DNA of 64,000 nucleotides from Ginglymostoma cirratum (lineage: Eukaryota), in the NCBI GenBank assembly GCA_024137785.1, contig JAHRHZ010000002.1:14053250-14117249 (forward strand), read 5' to 3'. Under the pieces are notes generated by a model. It had not been told where the DNA came from, did not search any database, and saw nothing but the letters and a program-made list of their open reading frames with translations. Positions 12,065 to 26,019 of the stretch are shown here, piece by piece. How positions within the stretch are numbered: position 1 is the first letter of the stretch; the number at the start of each line of letters is the position of its first letter. Both the position numbers and the translations under genes were made by a program.

Positions 12065-14834
12065 GAGACATTCTTTTAAGGCACTTTCGAAAATGTTACC
12101 ACTCTTCCTCTAATTTGATGGTCATTACAATGCACAAAACTCCAAGTGAATTCAGACAAGTGACTTACATATATTTAAGTTTACTTTCCCAATCATATAC
12201 TCTATGCCATCTTACTATAGCTGGGAAAGCTGTGTGCTTTATCGACTGCTGTTACCACCTATCATTTCAACTTGAATGATCTGTGGACAAAGACACATAG
12301 GTTATTTTGCTCCTGTGTGCCATTCAGAATTGTGCCCCATTTTCTGGTCCTTAAATATGAGTTGCCTAGTAAAATGCATCATTTAAGTTTCATTCACCCT
12401 CTATCCGTCTACTCCACCAACTTTATTGGGCTCTTTTGGAGTTTTATCCAATTGTCCTCACTGTTGATAAACCTCACGTCATCTGCAAAAATTTAAACTG
12501 TCCTAGCACAGCACTCTTTCTCTCTTTTTCACTTTTTCAGTGCAAAATACCCGAAAAGTCGTTGAACATTGCTCTGATTCCTGTCAACGTACTGTTCATC
12601 CACATGGATATGGTTCATTTTATTTCTCAACTTTTATCTTACTCACAATTCTTTTGAATACCATTGTATCAAATATCTTCTTAAAGTCCATATATGCCAC
12701 ACATGCATCATTACCCTCATCGAACACTTCGGTTAACTTTTCAACAAACTCCAGTAAGTTATATATTATTTTTGGTTAGAAATCAATGCTTAATCTTCAT
12801 AAATAAAATGCATTTCTTAATGTAACGTCTGACTATATTTCATGAACAGCGACTAAAATTAATGATTAAAGTATTCTTCCAACTGATGTTATGATTCTTG
12901 CGATTTGATTAATCTGTTTTGCCAATTCCTCAGCCACAAACAATTATTTTTAAATGTATTATGTACTTAATCGATAAAACATGTAGCAATGGCTGCATGA
13001 GTGATTAATCCACTGTCCTAAGTGCAGGTTACCTAGACTTCCAAGCTATCAGCTTTGTCACATATTGCATGATTGAATTGTCAAACAACCAAACTATCAT
13101 TGCCTGTAATTCTGCTGAAGAGAATCAAATGGCGATGGAAAGTATGATCAGCCCTTAGTTTTCTGATAGCTGTGTTGCTTCAATGAGACACCAAAAGTTA
13201 AATTTGAAGTTCTGGAACATATCTATTTTCATGATATTCACCGTGAGGCACAAATGCAAAACCATAGCAAATGAGACTAGAGAGTTATACAGACCTCCTT
13301 AAACAGAAATAGGCCTTTCCATCCATTATACATATGATTATGCTTTATACACTAAAGTAGGCATTTCCAACCCTTTCTAACTTAGCCATGCCTTTCATAT
13401 TTTTATGTAATATTATCGATCATAAATCTTGTCATTTAATGAATTTAGGCATTGTATTCAAATGATGCAGGGAGATGACGTTCCCAAAACTGCCTATATG
13501 TGGAATGTTGGCTTAAATACCTTTTATATTTGCTTGCTTGACTTGCATACGTGTATGACAACTTGTTGGACTTTGTAATAAAGAGAAAAATAAAACATCT
13601 AAAAGGTAATTTTTCGTTACATTGACACCATTTTTTCCTGATGTTCTCTTTGAAATTCATTAAATTGAAGACGTTTTTAAACAAAATTGGAAATATTTAT
13701 GAAGGAGAAACTCATTGTCTATTTCATTGTAAGTTTTTTTTTTTAATTTATCATATGATTTATGCTACAGCAGAAAGAAAGAGGTAACATCCAGAAGAGG
13801 ACAAGTAAGAGCTGTGCATTGCAAATTGATGTTAACTGTGCAACCTCTTATTTTAAGAATACACCCTCTTGTCCTAGACTCTCCCATTAGGGCAAGCAAT
13901 GTTTACACTTCCACCCCGTCACGCCCCCAGTTAAGATTTACATTGCAATACAACTCCTTGCAGTACAAATATGCAAGGTAACTAATGCTGATTACAATGG
14001 AAGGTCATGTTATACTATTGACAGTCTCACAATTTATGTGACACTATCGTAAAATCTAATGAATCATTACGAAAGTTCAGCTTTTATTAAGGTGAGAAGT
14101 AGATGCGAATATTTTATTGGTTTTACGTTCTGCATTATGTTTTAACTGACCATGATTTATGCATGACAAAGTTTTACATTACAGCTCTAGAAAACAGGAT
14201 TCTATTTTTTGAACTAAAAAGCACAATAAGAAGAATTATTCAACAATTGACTGTACTTTAATCTCACTATTTGATTATTCATAAGTGGTTGCTTTAATAC
14301 TGAGGCAGATATAATGGTATGGAGTTGGCCATTGACAAATTTGCATTTTCTAACATAATTAACTATTACAAGATCAAATTAATTTGCCTGGCATGAAAGT
14401 GATCAGAACGACCTTCCACTTTGAAAAATAGCAGTTTACTAGTTATTGTCATACAAAGACACTGCAAAGCAATAGATACACTCATTCACTCAACTTTTCC
14501 CAATAAAAGTGAAGAATCTCTGCATCCTCCTTGCAGTTCATATTCCTACCCCAGCTATGTGAAGAATTCCCTTTGCTCAGCGGGTGATGGAAATTTGGAA
14601 CTCACAGCAGGAATGATTGAATGAAAACAAAACGTTAGTAATGTTTAAGCGAACTTTAATTTTTTGCTTGCATTCAAGAATATAAAATGTGATCAGTGTG
14701 GTCAAATTTTCTTTGAGTGAAGTCGATACAGTTAACAGATTTTTCTCCACCTGTTTTGTAAACGTTCAAAGAACGAAAGACTTAACTTGTCTCATATTCC
14801 GTAGCCTTTTACATGCATAACAACATTCCAGATA

Positions 14835-14925
14835 TATTCTAGGCAACCTGCTCAGTGACGTCATTACGGAGCAGTGGGACTTGTATTCGGTCTTCCTGAC
14901 TCTGAGGTAGGGTCACTAAGACAAT
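14835..14925 (-). mobile_element. Short tRNA-derived SINE head fragment
   Basis: Reverse complement contains degenerate B box (gaatacaagtcccactgctcc) preceded by gaccctacctcagagtcaggaag. Confidence 0.45.
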
Positions 14926-14939
14926 ACAAGAACAATAAC

Positions 14940-15690
14940 ATCATAATCATTGGCGATCCCTCACAGACGAGAATGACTAATTTCCATGCTCAGTGCGATT
15001 CCACAGGTGACTGTACAGTCTGATGTGGCTTCCATAGATTCTTCCACACTCGGTGCAATGTAGGTGTGTGAAGACATGGGTGGGACAGTAATGTTGCACC
15101 TCGCCCATTCCACTGTTTTTGCCTGGCTTCTGATTTTTCCTTAATGGCAAGTCTCCAGGTGCTCGACACTTTCCTAGATGCCCCATCTCTACTTTGGATG
15201 GTCTTGGTTCAGTGACACCTGAGCATTGAAGAGAATGCCATACTTCACCAGTGAGGCCTTCAGGACATCCTTTAAGAGTTTGCTCTGTCTAGCTGTTTTT
15301 TGCGCGCCATTTCAAAGCGAGGAATACAGGGCCTGTTTGGGGATGTTCGATTTAGGTTATGCAGACAATGTACCCAGCTCATTGCAACTTATCAAGGGTG
15401 GTCAGGAGATGTTGCCCTGGTCGAGAAAGCTGATATTAGAGTATCCATCTTTCCAGTGGATTCGCACGATCTTGCACAGGCAGTGTTGGTGGTACTGTTC
15501 CAGCATCTTAAACAGGTTGCTGTAGACAGTCCATGTCCCACAGGCATATGATCTGTATACCACAAGCTTGATGTCAGTTCTGATGTTGTTTTCCTCAAAT
15601 ACCCTTTTCCTCAGGCAGCAGAAGGCTCCATTCACACCCTAGTAATAGTGTGGGATCTGTTAATCAGCATCTGATTCGGCCATCAGCACA
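14940..15690 (-). mobile_element. RTE/BovB-like LINE, 3' part
   Basis: ORF 15402..15635 AFCCLRKRVFEENNIRTDIKLVVYR...WTVY...LEQYHQHCLCKIVRIHW; C-terminal CTECGRIYGSHIRLYSH (ORF 14977..15186); short cat-repeat tail. Confidence 0.9.
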
Positions 15691-15694
15691 CTCA

Positions 15695-15915
15695 CTGCTG
15701 ATGAACTCCTTGCTGGAATGGAGCTAACCTGCAGAACCAGCGGGAAATTATTTTTCCTCCCTGTCTTCAAGCTAAAACCATTGTCATCCAGTTGCAGTTC
15801 GCAGGTGATGTTTCCTCATGTGAAAACTCAGAGGATGAACTCCAGACCATCACGAGCAACATTAACACAGGCATATGAGAGCACGAGTCTCACGCTGAAC
15901 ATCAGCTGCAAAGCC
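15695..15915 (+). mobile_element. Inverted 5' segment of the same RTE LINE (RT catalytic region)
   Basis: ORF 15718.. ELTCRTSGKLF and LTQAYESTSLTLNI; cagttgcagttcgcaggtgat = QLQFAGD (degenerate LQYADD). Confidence 0.8.
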
Positions 15916-16889
15916 ACAGATTCTAACATATCATTGACAAGCTCTTTCCCACAACGCAAACATCCTGAATTTGTGTTTGTTCACCTTGTTAGTTCTGTTT
16001 TCAACTGCCTTGTACCAAATCTCGAGAATTATCACTTTGAGACTTCTTTTCCTTTGAGCTGTGTTTTTAAATTAAAAAAGATTTCATTATAACTGAATTC
16101 CAATTTCAAACTTCTGCCCAGGTGCAACATTTCAGTGCATGCTTTTTTATTTTCTGTCCTTATCCCTGATCTATGAATCACACGTGGAATGCTATGGGCC
16201 ATGGTAAGCATTAACGCCATTTATAACCAATAAAGTAGCGGGATTAATTATTCCTTGCTTGTAGAAATAGTAGCTTACATGAGAGACATAGGTTCTCTGA
16301 TGTGGCAGAAATGTGGTGTATTTTGTTGAAAAGGGAGTAAATAAATCACATTCTGATATTTTGTGATGGTATTGCTTTTTGCAGTAATGAGTGCTGTCAT
16401 TTTTATTTTGGCTTAAGTTGCTGATAGGCACACGAGTCGAACGTTTAAACAGTTTTGCATGCGTCACACAATCTGTATCATTAAAACATGCCCAATGTTT
16501 GCATTAATCTGAAATCTCTTCATGACTTTGCTATGCTAACTAATTTGCATATATTTTGCATTTGCTGCATTACTAGTCCTACCATTTGGGCAAATATGTA
16601 TTAGGGCCATCATGCAATAATGATTGTCCGCAGATTAAGCACACCTCTTTCTTCCAAGCTTTCTTTCATTAGTGCTATTTTATAAATAAAAGCATGTTAA
16701 CATGATAAGTTCTTAATAGGAGAAGCCTATGTTAGAAACGTAAAAGGGTATGCTTGGATGAGACTATTTCAATACACTGAAAGTAATTGCTACTTACATG
16801 AACATTAAACTTAACATCAAACAACATTGATGTCACTGTTCAACTTTCTACTTCCAAAAAAAAATTCAATATCGTATTATTTTAATTTC

Positions 16890-17460
16890 TTTTTCATGTG
16901 CAGGAAGCTGATAATGTCCTTTTCTTAGGGTAAAGTTTCGAACTGTGTGACCTGATGTGGATGCTATCCTTATATATGGAATAAAATATATGGTGTTGGA
17001 GGCAGTCCAAGTGTGGAGAAAAACTGTTCTATCAGGAATGGTTGCGTATATTGGATCTGCATTCGATGAAATACAAAGGACCATTGACAACCTTATTGAA
17101 ACATACAAGATTCTTTGGATGAATGATAATTTAGATATGGAGAGGTTACTCTCTCTGGGGCAGCGTGGATCAGAGACACTAAATTCATAATAAAGCGTCA
17201 CACATTTAAGGCCGTGTTGGAGAGGAATTTCTTCCCTCCAAGGACATTGCTTTGTGGAATTTGTTATTATAGAAGCTGAGTTATTAAGTATATTCAAGAC
17301 TGAGAATGATAAAATTTTAATTAGTGAAGTAATTATGTGTTATGAAAAAAACCATAAAAGTGATCTTGAAGGTTTTCTGAGCAGCCATAATCAAATTAAA
17401 TGTGGAGCAGACATTACTGGGTGAATAGTCTATTTCTGTTCCCATGACTTTTTGGCTTCT
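16890..17460 (+). mobile_element. CR1 3' fragment
   Basis: ORF 16957..17190 LEAVQ...NLIETYKIL...DMERL matches the CR1 ORF2 C-terminus; typical 3' UTR follows. Confidence 0.8.
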
Positions 17461-17959
17461 TGTTTTATGAACTTAGGGTGGAAGCCTCTAGATGATTTGT
17501 CAGCTATAGTTGTGGATAAGTGTGCAAGTGTTGGAAGTCGGGAGGAATGGAAATGAGAAGAGGTTTACTTTTGATAAAGGCTTAATTTTCATGAAAAGTT
17601 GTTGTATTATCAGTCAATGATAATTTTATTGAACACTAATCCTGTATAGCAGTTATATTTGCCTGTTGTTTTGCTACTTTCATGAGGATCAGCCTTTATT
17701 GATGACTTTTGAACAAACGCACATTTCTTTAATTAAGTTTTCTGTGTTTGCTTTCTTGAGTTCTGACACAGTTAAAGAGCAAAGGAGACTACATTTACAA
17801 GGAAGCTTTCTGACTATCCAAATTTGCCATCTCCTCTTGTTAACGCTGAGCTGTTCTATTAGTTACATCCCCAATATCCTGCATCAAGATGGTCAAGCAG
17901 CATTTCTCTTACATATATCCCTGTTGATGTTATGGAATTACTTTCTGTTATCACAGTAT

Positions 17960-20900
17960 TGTCTCCTGTTACCACATCTATAATGAATATTGAATGGGCA
18001 GATTGAAGCAAAGGCAAACTAATCCACCCACTAGGAGGGAGGGCTTCAGATATGTGGATCGTTGGGATATCTTCTCGTGCAGGTGACACCAATAAACTGA
18101 AGATGAATTACACCTAAACTGGAAAGGCACCAATATCATGGCACGAGGGGTTGCTAGTAATATTCAGAGGATTTAAGCTAAGATGGCAAGCGATAGAGGA
18201 AGTGGCAGCGGAGAAGAGTGGGTGAGTGTGGAAACCAGGGCACCAGGCCAGCAAGTAACATGACTGAGGAGGAATCACAGACTAAGGCCAGTAAGGCTGA
18301 GAGGAAGTAAAGACATGGAAAAGTTACTGTACGAGGCAGGGTTGGCTGTCTAAGATGTATTGGTTATAATGCAATTAAAATGACAGGTAAGACAGATGAC
18401 ATTAGGGCTTGGATTAGTACATATAACTATGAGGCTGTTGTTATTAGAGAGACTGATTCAGTTGATTCAGATAGGAGTAAGACTTGTCGTTTTACAATCA
18501 TGGATTTACGTGTTTCTGGCGAGATAGAAACAATATAAAAGAGGTGGGGGCATTATGTTGATGCGAATAGATATTATCGCACCTGTAATGATGGAGAACA
18601 GGTTGGAGGACTCATACACCGAGGCCATGTTGGTGGAACTCATGAACAGGCATGTTGCAAGCACTTTATTGGGCCTGTGCGTCTGGCCTCCCAATAGCCA
18701 GCAGATGAAAGAAGAACAGATGTGTGGATATATTATGGAAAAATGTAGAAATAACAACGTTGGTATTCTAAGCTATATTATCTTGTATTTCACTTAGCAC
18801 CAGAGACTTGAGTGAGAGTGGGGGTGGGGCGAAGTGAGGAAGTTGTTAGGTGTGTCCATGATGAGGCCATGCTAGACTTGACATTGGGAAATGAGCCTGG
18901 CCCGGTGATTGAAGTTTCACTGGGGGAGCATTTCAGGAAACATCATTCTGATGTTTTGTTACTAAACTATAAGAATATGAATAATCTTCTGGTGAAAGTA
19001 CTAAATTGGAGGAAGTCTCCCTACTGCCATATTAGGCAGGAATTGAAGAATGTAGATTAGGAGTGGCTGTTTGAGCATAAGTCCCCATCTGGTATGTGGC
19101 TATCTGTTAAAAAAAAGAATAGTGATTAGAGATCAGGACTAGCATGTTCCTATGAAAATGAGGCATAATGATAGCAAAATTCTGGAAATGTTATGAGAAA
19201 TTGAGAGTTGTGTCAAAAAGAAAAAGAGTAATAAATAAGTTGTAGGAAATTGAAGACTTATTGAACACAAGGAGAATATGAAGGTAGCAGGAAAGAACTC
19301 AACCAAAAAATGAGTAAATCTAAAATGCACACAATTAAGGAAAATTTCAAGGCTGTTTTATACATAGGATATAATAGGAGCAAAAGGGTACTTAAGGAAA
19401 AGGTAGGTCCACTCATAAATAAGAGCTAATGCATGGGTCGAGCAAAGGACATGGAGGAGGATGCTAATGAAAACTTCGCATCGACAATCACAAAGGAGAA
19501 GAACACAGTTGTAGTGAGATTTGGGATAGGCATGTCAATACTTAAAATTAAAATAAGAGGTTTTGGATGTTTTGGAAAACATTAAGGTAGATAACTTCTC
19601 GCAACCTGATGTGAACTATGCCAGAACGCTGAGGGAGACAGATGAGTAAATTGCTGTGGTCTTACATAAGATTTTCTTGTCCTCTTTAGTCAAAGGAGTG
19701 ATCACAGAGGACTGCAGATTAGCCAATGTTGCTCGTTTGTTCGAGAAGGGCAATAGGGACAATATAAGAAATTGCAGTCTGGTATACCTCATGACAGCAG
19801 TAAGGAAAATATTGGAAAAGATTACTAGGGATAGGATTAATCATATTTGGCAAAAAAAAAGGTGGACGTTTAGAGATAGGAAGTGTGGATTTGTGTGGTG
19901 AAAATGGTGTGTCACAACATTGTTTGTGTTTTCTTTTGAGAGAATAATAAAAATGATTGATGAGTGCAGGTACTGTCTGCAGGGACAGCAGAAAGGTCTT
20001 TGACAGGGTCCCTCATGGAATTCTAATACAAAAGGTGAAGTCACATGCAATCTACGTTGGGCTGGCATAATGATTACAGAAATGCTCAGTCACAGAAGGC
20101 AGAGAGTAACAATGGACGAGTATACTACAGAATGGCGATCTGTGACAAGAGGTATTCCAGAGGGATCAGAGATATGTATGATTTGCAGGAGGAGATTGTC
20201 TGTGACCTGATTAATACATTTGCAAACAACACACAGATTGTGGCCGCTGAGGGTAGTGAGGAGGATTGCCAGAATATACAGCAGGATATAGATAGGCTAG
20301 AGACTTTGGATGACAAATGAAAGATGGAAATTAATGTGGTCAAATGAGAACTGATACATTTTGGGAGATCTAATGCAGGACTGCTGTTTACAGTAAATGA
20401 CAGTATCTCTTGTAGCCTCAACATACAGTGGTATCTAGAAGTACAGATCCACAGTTGACTGCAAGTGGCAACACTAGTGAATACGATTATCAAGAAGGCA
20501 TATGTCATGCTTGCCTTCATCAGTCGAAGCATACAGTACAAACATTGTTATTGCATTTTGAAGCTGCCTCTACACTAGTTGTGCCACAAAGGTAGCAAGA
20601 ACTACAGATGCTGGATTTATGAATTTCTGAAGAAGGGTCGCGACCTGCTCCTCTGATGCTGTCTGCCTGCTGTGTTCCTCCAGCTTCCCAATTTGTTATC
20701 TTGGTTATACCACAAATGCAATATTCTGTTAGTTATGGTCGTCACACAGTCAGAATGATGTTGCGGCTTTGGCTAGGGGACAGAAACGATTTAGCAGGAT
20801 TTGTCTTCTTTGGAGCGTGTTAGCTATGCGGAGAGATGTGACAAACTTGGCCTGTTTACACTTGAACATCGAAGAATGAGGAGCTACTTGATGGATATTT

Positions 20901-21280
20901 GAAAAGTTATGAGAGGCATGGATATAATGGGCGGTTAGAGTCTTTACCAGGGTCGAAATGTCAATTACTTGGAGACATAGGTCTAAGGTAAACAGGGTTT
21001 AACTTTAAAGAAGATGTGAAAGGCGGTGTTTTTTTTAACACAGAGGTAGCTAAGTGACTGGAGTATGGTGCCAGATGAGACGGCGGAGGCAGGTATAAAG
21101 GCAACATTTAAGGTATCGCTTGATAGATATTTGAATTGGCAGGGAATGCAAGGACAAGAATAGTATAGATCCAAAGGATTTGAGTTTAGAAAGGTATTAT
21201 GTGTTAAAGCAATTTTGGTGAGCCTAACAGCCTGTTCCTCTTCTGTACTGTTTTTGGTATTTTTTTCTTTTTGTTCTTTG
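17960..21280 (+). mobile_element. Degraded CR1 LINE: end of ORF1 (SGNH-esterase-like) plus APE-RT ORF2 and 3' UTR
   Basis: REGFRYVDRWDIF and DELHLNWKGTNI near 18035-18140; AMLDLTLGNEPG (18812..), EDCRLANVARLFEKGNRD (19656..), FANNTQI...QQDIDRLE (20045..); many stops and frameshifts. Confidence 0.92.
20591..20701 (+). mobile_element. pLTR-derived insert nested in CR1, with short inverted 5' piece
   Basis: agcaagaactacagatgctgga (inverted) then tttctgaagaagggtc...ctgctgtgttcctccagc; flanks gttgtgccacaaa / gttataccacaaa. Confidence 0.75.
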
Positions 21281-21909
21281 AGCCCGTTGCTTCTAAATAC
21301 ACATTTCTACTTAGTGATCTAACCGAAGATTGTACAACATAATAACAGAAAAAAGTGGATTAATCATATAATTTGTTTCATTTTTTTGAGTACCATGTTA
21401 TTAACTGTAGGTCATTATATAGAGTAGTTTTCACACAAGAAAATGTAAGTTATCATTGTTATTTTATTGAAATGTTCATTCAGTATCAGATTTCATCTCG
21501 TTCTCAGCTATTGAAATAAAACATAGAATATCCCAGCGTGCTTGCAAAGAACCAAAATTTTGCCAAACTGTTCCTTACCTCCACACTTAGGTGGATACAT
21601 TTATGGAAGCATACTTTGTGGCAGAGAATCAGGATATCGCAGAATTATTAGGGTGCCAAAGGTGGCCATTCAATACATCATGTCTCCACAGACTCTATTT
21701 TCTAATGTCAACCTTCTGCCTTTTCTGCATATCACTGTACACCATTATTACCCAAATAAACATGCAATGGCCTCTCAGATGCCTCAATTTACCGTGCCTC
21801 TATCACATTTACAGGGAATGTATTGCAGCACCTAACAACTTGCTGTGCCAAAAGGTTTAGCTCTGATATCACCCTTGCGTCATTTCCATATCATTTTTAA
21901 TCTGAACAA

Positions 21910-22800
21910 TATCATAGAAGATAGGACATTACAGCACAGGAACTGGCACTTCAGCACACTATGTCTGTGCCCATCATGCTGCCATTCTAAACTAATCCTA
22001 TCTGTCTGCACATTGTCCGTATATCTCTATTCTTTCCGTTCATGTATCTATCAAAATATCTTTTATACTTTGCTATCATATCCAGTTTCTCGCCTGGCAG
22101 TGTGTTCCAGGCAGTCAATACTCTCTGAGTAGAAAACATTCCTTGCAAGTCTCCTGTAGATGTTCACCTCTCACCTTAAACGTATGGCCCCAGCATTTTA
22201 CATGTCCCCCCTCGCAAAGAAACCCGAATATCCACCGTAATCATATGTGTCATAATTTTGCAAGCTTTTATCAGGTTGCCCCACAGCCTCTGATATCATA
22301 TTTATAACAGTCCAAGTTTGTCAACCACTGCTTGTAGGTAATACACTGCAAGTCAGGAAAGAAAAAGAAAAATCTTCTGCATCCCCTCCAAACCCCACAC
22401 CCCTACATCCCTCTCATAGTTTGGCGTGTAGAACTGCGCTTATAACTCCAAATGTGGCCTGAACATATTCTCATACAGTTGATGCAAGACTTTCCAAATT
22501 TTATACTCAATGCTATGACCAATGAAGGTAAAAATGCTATGTGCATTATTTACCACATTATCCACTTGTTCTGCCATTTCAGGGAACTACAGACTTAGAC
22601 CCCAAGATCCCTTTATGTCAAAGTCCATAAGTGTCCTAAAATTTAGTGAATAATTTCCTTTTGCCTTTGACCTCACATTGATCTGGATTAAACTCCAGGT
22701 GCCAATTCTCTATCTCTCTATACAGCTGATCTGTATCTGCTACATCATTTGTCGTTATTCCTCATTATCTACAATTCCAGGAATTATCACATCAACCAGA
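21910..22800 (-). mobile_element. CR1 3' portion (continues at 26020)
   Basis: atcatagaa...acattacagcacaggaac tail; aactccaaatgtggcctga (RPHLE) at about 22445; collinear with 30030-30920. Confidence 0.85.
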
Positions 22801-22809
22801 ACCACACGA

Positions 22810-25800
22810 GGAGTCATGTTTTGTGGTATTATGGTCTGATGATTAATCAGAATCTCAGCTAATACTCTGGAATCCAGGTTCAAGTCCTCTGAGATGTTGG
22901 AATTTCAACTAAAGTTTTAAAAAAAAGCAAACTGAAATTAAGATAAATTCATTGCCGATTGTTGGGGGGAAAAAAACACACACTCTCGCCTGGTTTGGCT
23001 TACATATAACTGCAGACCAACAAAAATGGGGTAGACTCTTAACTGCAGTCCGAAATGGACTTGTAAGACATTTGATTGGGTCAATCGCTGCAATATCTCA
23101 AAGAAACGACATCGAGTGAATCACTTGGCGTTGACCTAGACACAGGAAAAGACAATGGGAGAAGCAGCCCTGAAAAACCTGCAAAGTCCACCTTACTAAC
23201 ATCCTAGGGCTAGTGTCAAAATTGAGAGATTTGAGGTTTTGGAGTAGATTTGAAAGATTTGACTCACAGACTACTCAAACAACAGCCTGACATAATCGTA
23301 CTCATGGAATAATAACTTACAATGTCCTAGAAACCACCATCACCATCACTGTTGTTGTATATGCCCTGTCACATAAACACAATAGATGCAGAGAGGTGGT
23401 GGTACAATGTTGGGAGGTAGTTGACCTGGAAATTCTCAATATTGACTCTGGACCTCTTGAAGGCTCATGGCTACAGCTTAAACACATGCAAGGAAATATT
23501 TTATTGATTGCCATGTATGGTACTCCCTTACCTGATGAATCAGTACTCATCTATGTTGAACAACAATCAGAGGAAGCACTGAGAATGGCAAGTGCTCTAC
23601 ATGTACTCTGGATGCAGGAGTTCAGTGTCCACTACCAAGGATGGTTCAGCAGCAGTATAATTGATTGAGCTGCTAGGATCATAAAGGACATAGCCTTTAG
23701 ATTGGGATTGCAGTAAATGACAAAGTAAGCAACAGAGGATAAAGCATACTGCCAGCTACAGATACATCTGTTCATGACAGTGTCAGTAAGAGCGAACACC
23801 ACACAGTCCTTATGGAGATGAGGTCTTGCCTTTACATTGAGGAAAATTTCCATCTTGCTGTGTAGCAGTATCAACTTGCTAAATGGGGCATACGTGGAAC
23901 AGACATATCGACTCAAGATTGGGCATCCTTGAGGTCCTGTAAGCAATCAACAACCGGAGGATTTTACCCCAGCACAATCTGTAACTGAATGGACCGGTAT
24001 ATCCCCCTTTAAACCATTACATCAAGCCAGGGGATCAAACCTGGTTCAACTTAAAGTCAAGGAGGACATGCCAGGAAAGCATCAGGCATACCTGAAGATG
24101 GAGTGGGAATCACTGAAGCCACAAAACAGGATTATTTACACGCCAAACAGCATACGCAGCAAGTGATAGACAGAGCTATGCAATGTGACATCCGACAAAT
24201 TGGACCTGAGTTCTGCAGTCCTGCCTCGCCCAGTCGTGAAAGATAGTTGTCAATTAATCAACTCACTGGAAGAAGAGTCTCCACTAAAGTCCCCATTCTC
24301 AACGATGGAAGAATCCAGGCCATCAGTGCAAATAATAAGGATGAACTTTACAAAACGATCTTCAGCGGGAAATACTGAGGGGAAATTCATCGCAACCTAA
24401 TTTAGTGGCCTCCAATATTACAGATGCTAGTCTTAGCGAATTCGATTTATATCACGTGATATCAAGAAACGATTGGAATGACTGGATACTAAAATGTTTT
24501 CGGACCCTGACAACATTATAGCAACAGAACTGAAAACTTGTACTCCAGAACTTGTTGCTCTCCTAGCCAAGCTATTCCAGCACATTTATAACACTGTCAA
24601 ACACCTAACAATGTTACAAATTGCCCAGGTATGTCCTCTGCATGAATAGAAGGAAATTCCAAGCCAACTTGGAATTTCCATCAGTCCATCAACTTGGACT
24701 GTTCCATCAGTCTACACTTGATCATCAGTAAAATGATGGAAGGTGTCAACAACATTGAAATGTCGCAACACCCCTACTCCAGTGGCCCCTACTTTGGGTT
24801 CTGCCAGGGCCACTCAGTTTCTGCCTTCATTCCAGCCTTGGTTAAAACATGGATAAAAGAGGTGAATTCAAGAAGTAAGGTGATAATGACAGCCCTTGAC
24901 ATGAAGGATGCATTCAAACGAGTGTAACATCAAGGACCCCGAGCAAAACTGGATTCAGTGGGCATTAAGATGCAAACTGTATGGTTGTTGGTCGTGGTTG
25001 TTAGAGGCCAGTCATCTTAACTCCAGGACATCTTTGCAGGAGTCCCTCAGGGTGGTGTCCTGGGCCCATGACTTTCTGCTGCTTCATTAAAGACCTTCTC
25101 TGAATCATGAGGTCAGAAGCGTAGATGCTTGCTAATGATTGCACTATGTTCAGCACCCTTCAGGACTCCTCAAACACTGAAGCAGTCAATGTTCAAACGC
25201 AACAAGATCTGGACAACATCCAGGCTTGGGCCGATAAGTGGCAAGCAACATTCGCGCCAGACAAATGCCAGGCAATGACCATCAGCAATAAGAGACAATC
25301 TAGCCACCGCCCCTTGTCATTCACTAGTATTACTCGCACTTAATTCCCTACTATTAATATCCTGGGGGTTATCATTGACGAGAAACCCAGCTGGACTCTC
25401 CACATAAAAACATGGGATACAAGAGCATGTCAGATGTTCGGAATATTGCAATTAATTAACTCACCCCATGACTCCACACAGCCTATCCACTATCTAAAAG
25501 ATACAGCCAGGAGTGTGATGTAATACTCATCACTATCATCGATGCGTGAAGCTCCAAACAAATAAAAAAACCTTGACAACATCCAAGATTAATTGGCACA
25601 ACAGTCACACGCATCACTCCACTCTCCGCGGACGGTCAGTAGCAGCTTTACGTACGACCTACAAGATGCACTACAGAAGTTCATCAAAGATCCTCAGACA
25701 GCCCCTTCCAAAGCCAGCACCTCACTTCCTTCCAGAAAGACAAAGGCAGCAGATACACAGGAGCACTATCACTTTCAAGTTCCCCTCAGGATCACTAACC

Positions 25801-26015
25801 ATCCTGACTTGAAAATATATTGCAGTTCCTTCACTGTCGCTCAGTCAAAGTCATAGAATTCCCTCCCTAATGGCATTGTGGTTCAACCCACATCTGTTGG
25901 ACTACAGCAGTTCAAGAAGGCAGTTCACCACTACATTCCCAAGCGCATCTAGGGATGAAGAATAAAGCCTGGCCAGCCGTCAATGCTCAAATCACACAAA
26001 TTAATTAAAACAAAA
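22810..26015 (+). mobile_element. ORF2-only non-LTR retrotransposon (CR1/L2 superclade) with tRNA-like 5' head
   Basis: B box GGTTCAAGTCC 22877-22887; APE LLKQQPDIIVLME at about 23270; GFCQGHS, ALDMKDAF, GVPQGGVLGP, MLANDCT, QQDLDNIQAWADKWQ; tail gaaggcagttcaccac...aataaagcctggcc and A-rich end. Confidence 0.88.
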
Positions 26016-26019
26016 AGTT

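Larger units (their letters stand above)
11130..12800 (-). mobile_element. Degraded CR1 3' region interrupted by the palindromic pLTR insert
   Basis: ctgcctctaccacacttgcaggcag (11231) and acatgcatcattaccctcatcgaac (12701) parallel the young CR1 at 30180-31240. Confidence 0.55.

Noticed and set aside
11479-12079. Two long ORFs starting MGLDEHSRSSSIIGAGK
   Set aside because: Artefacts of translating through the N gap between inverted repeat arms
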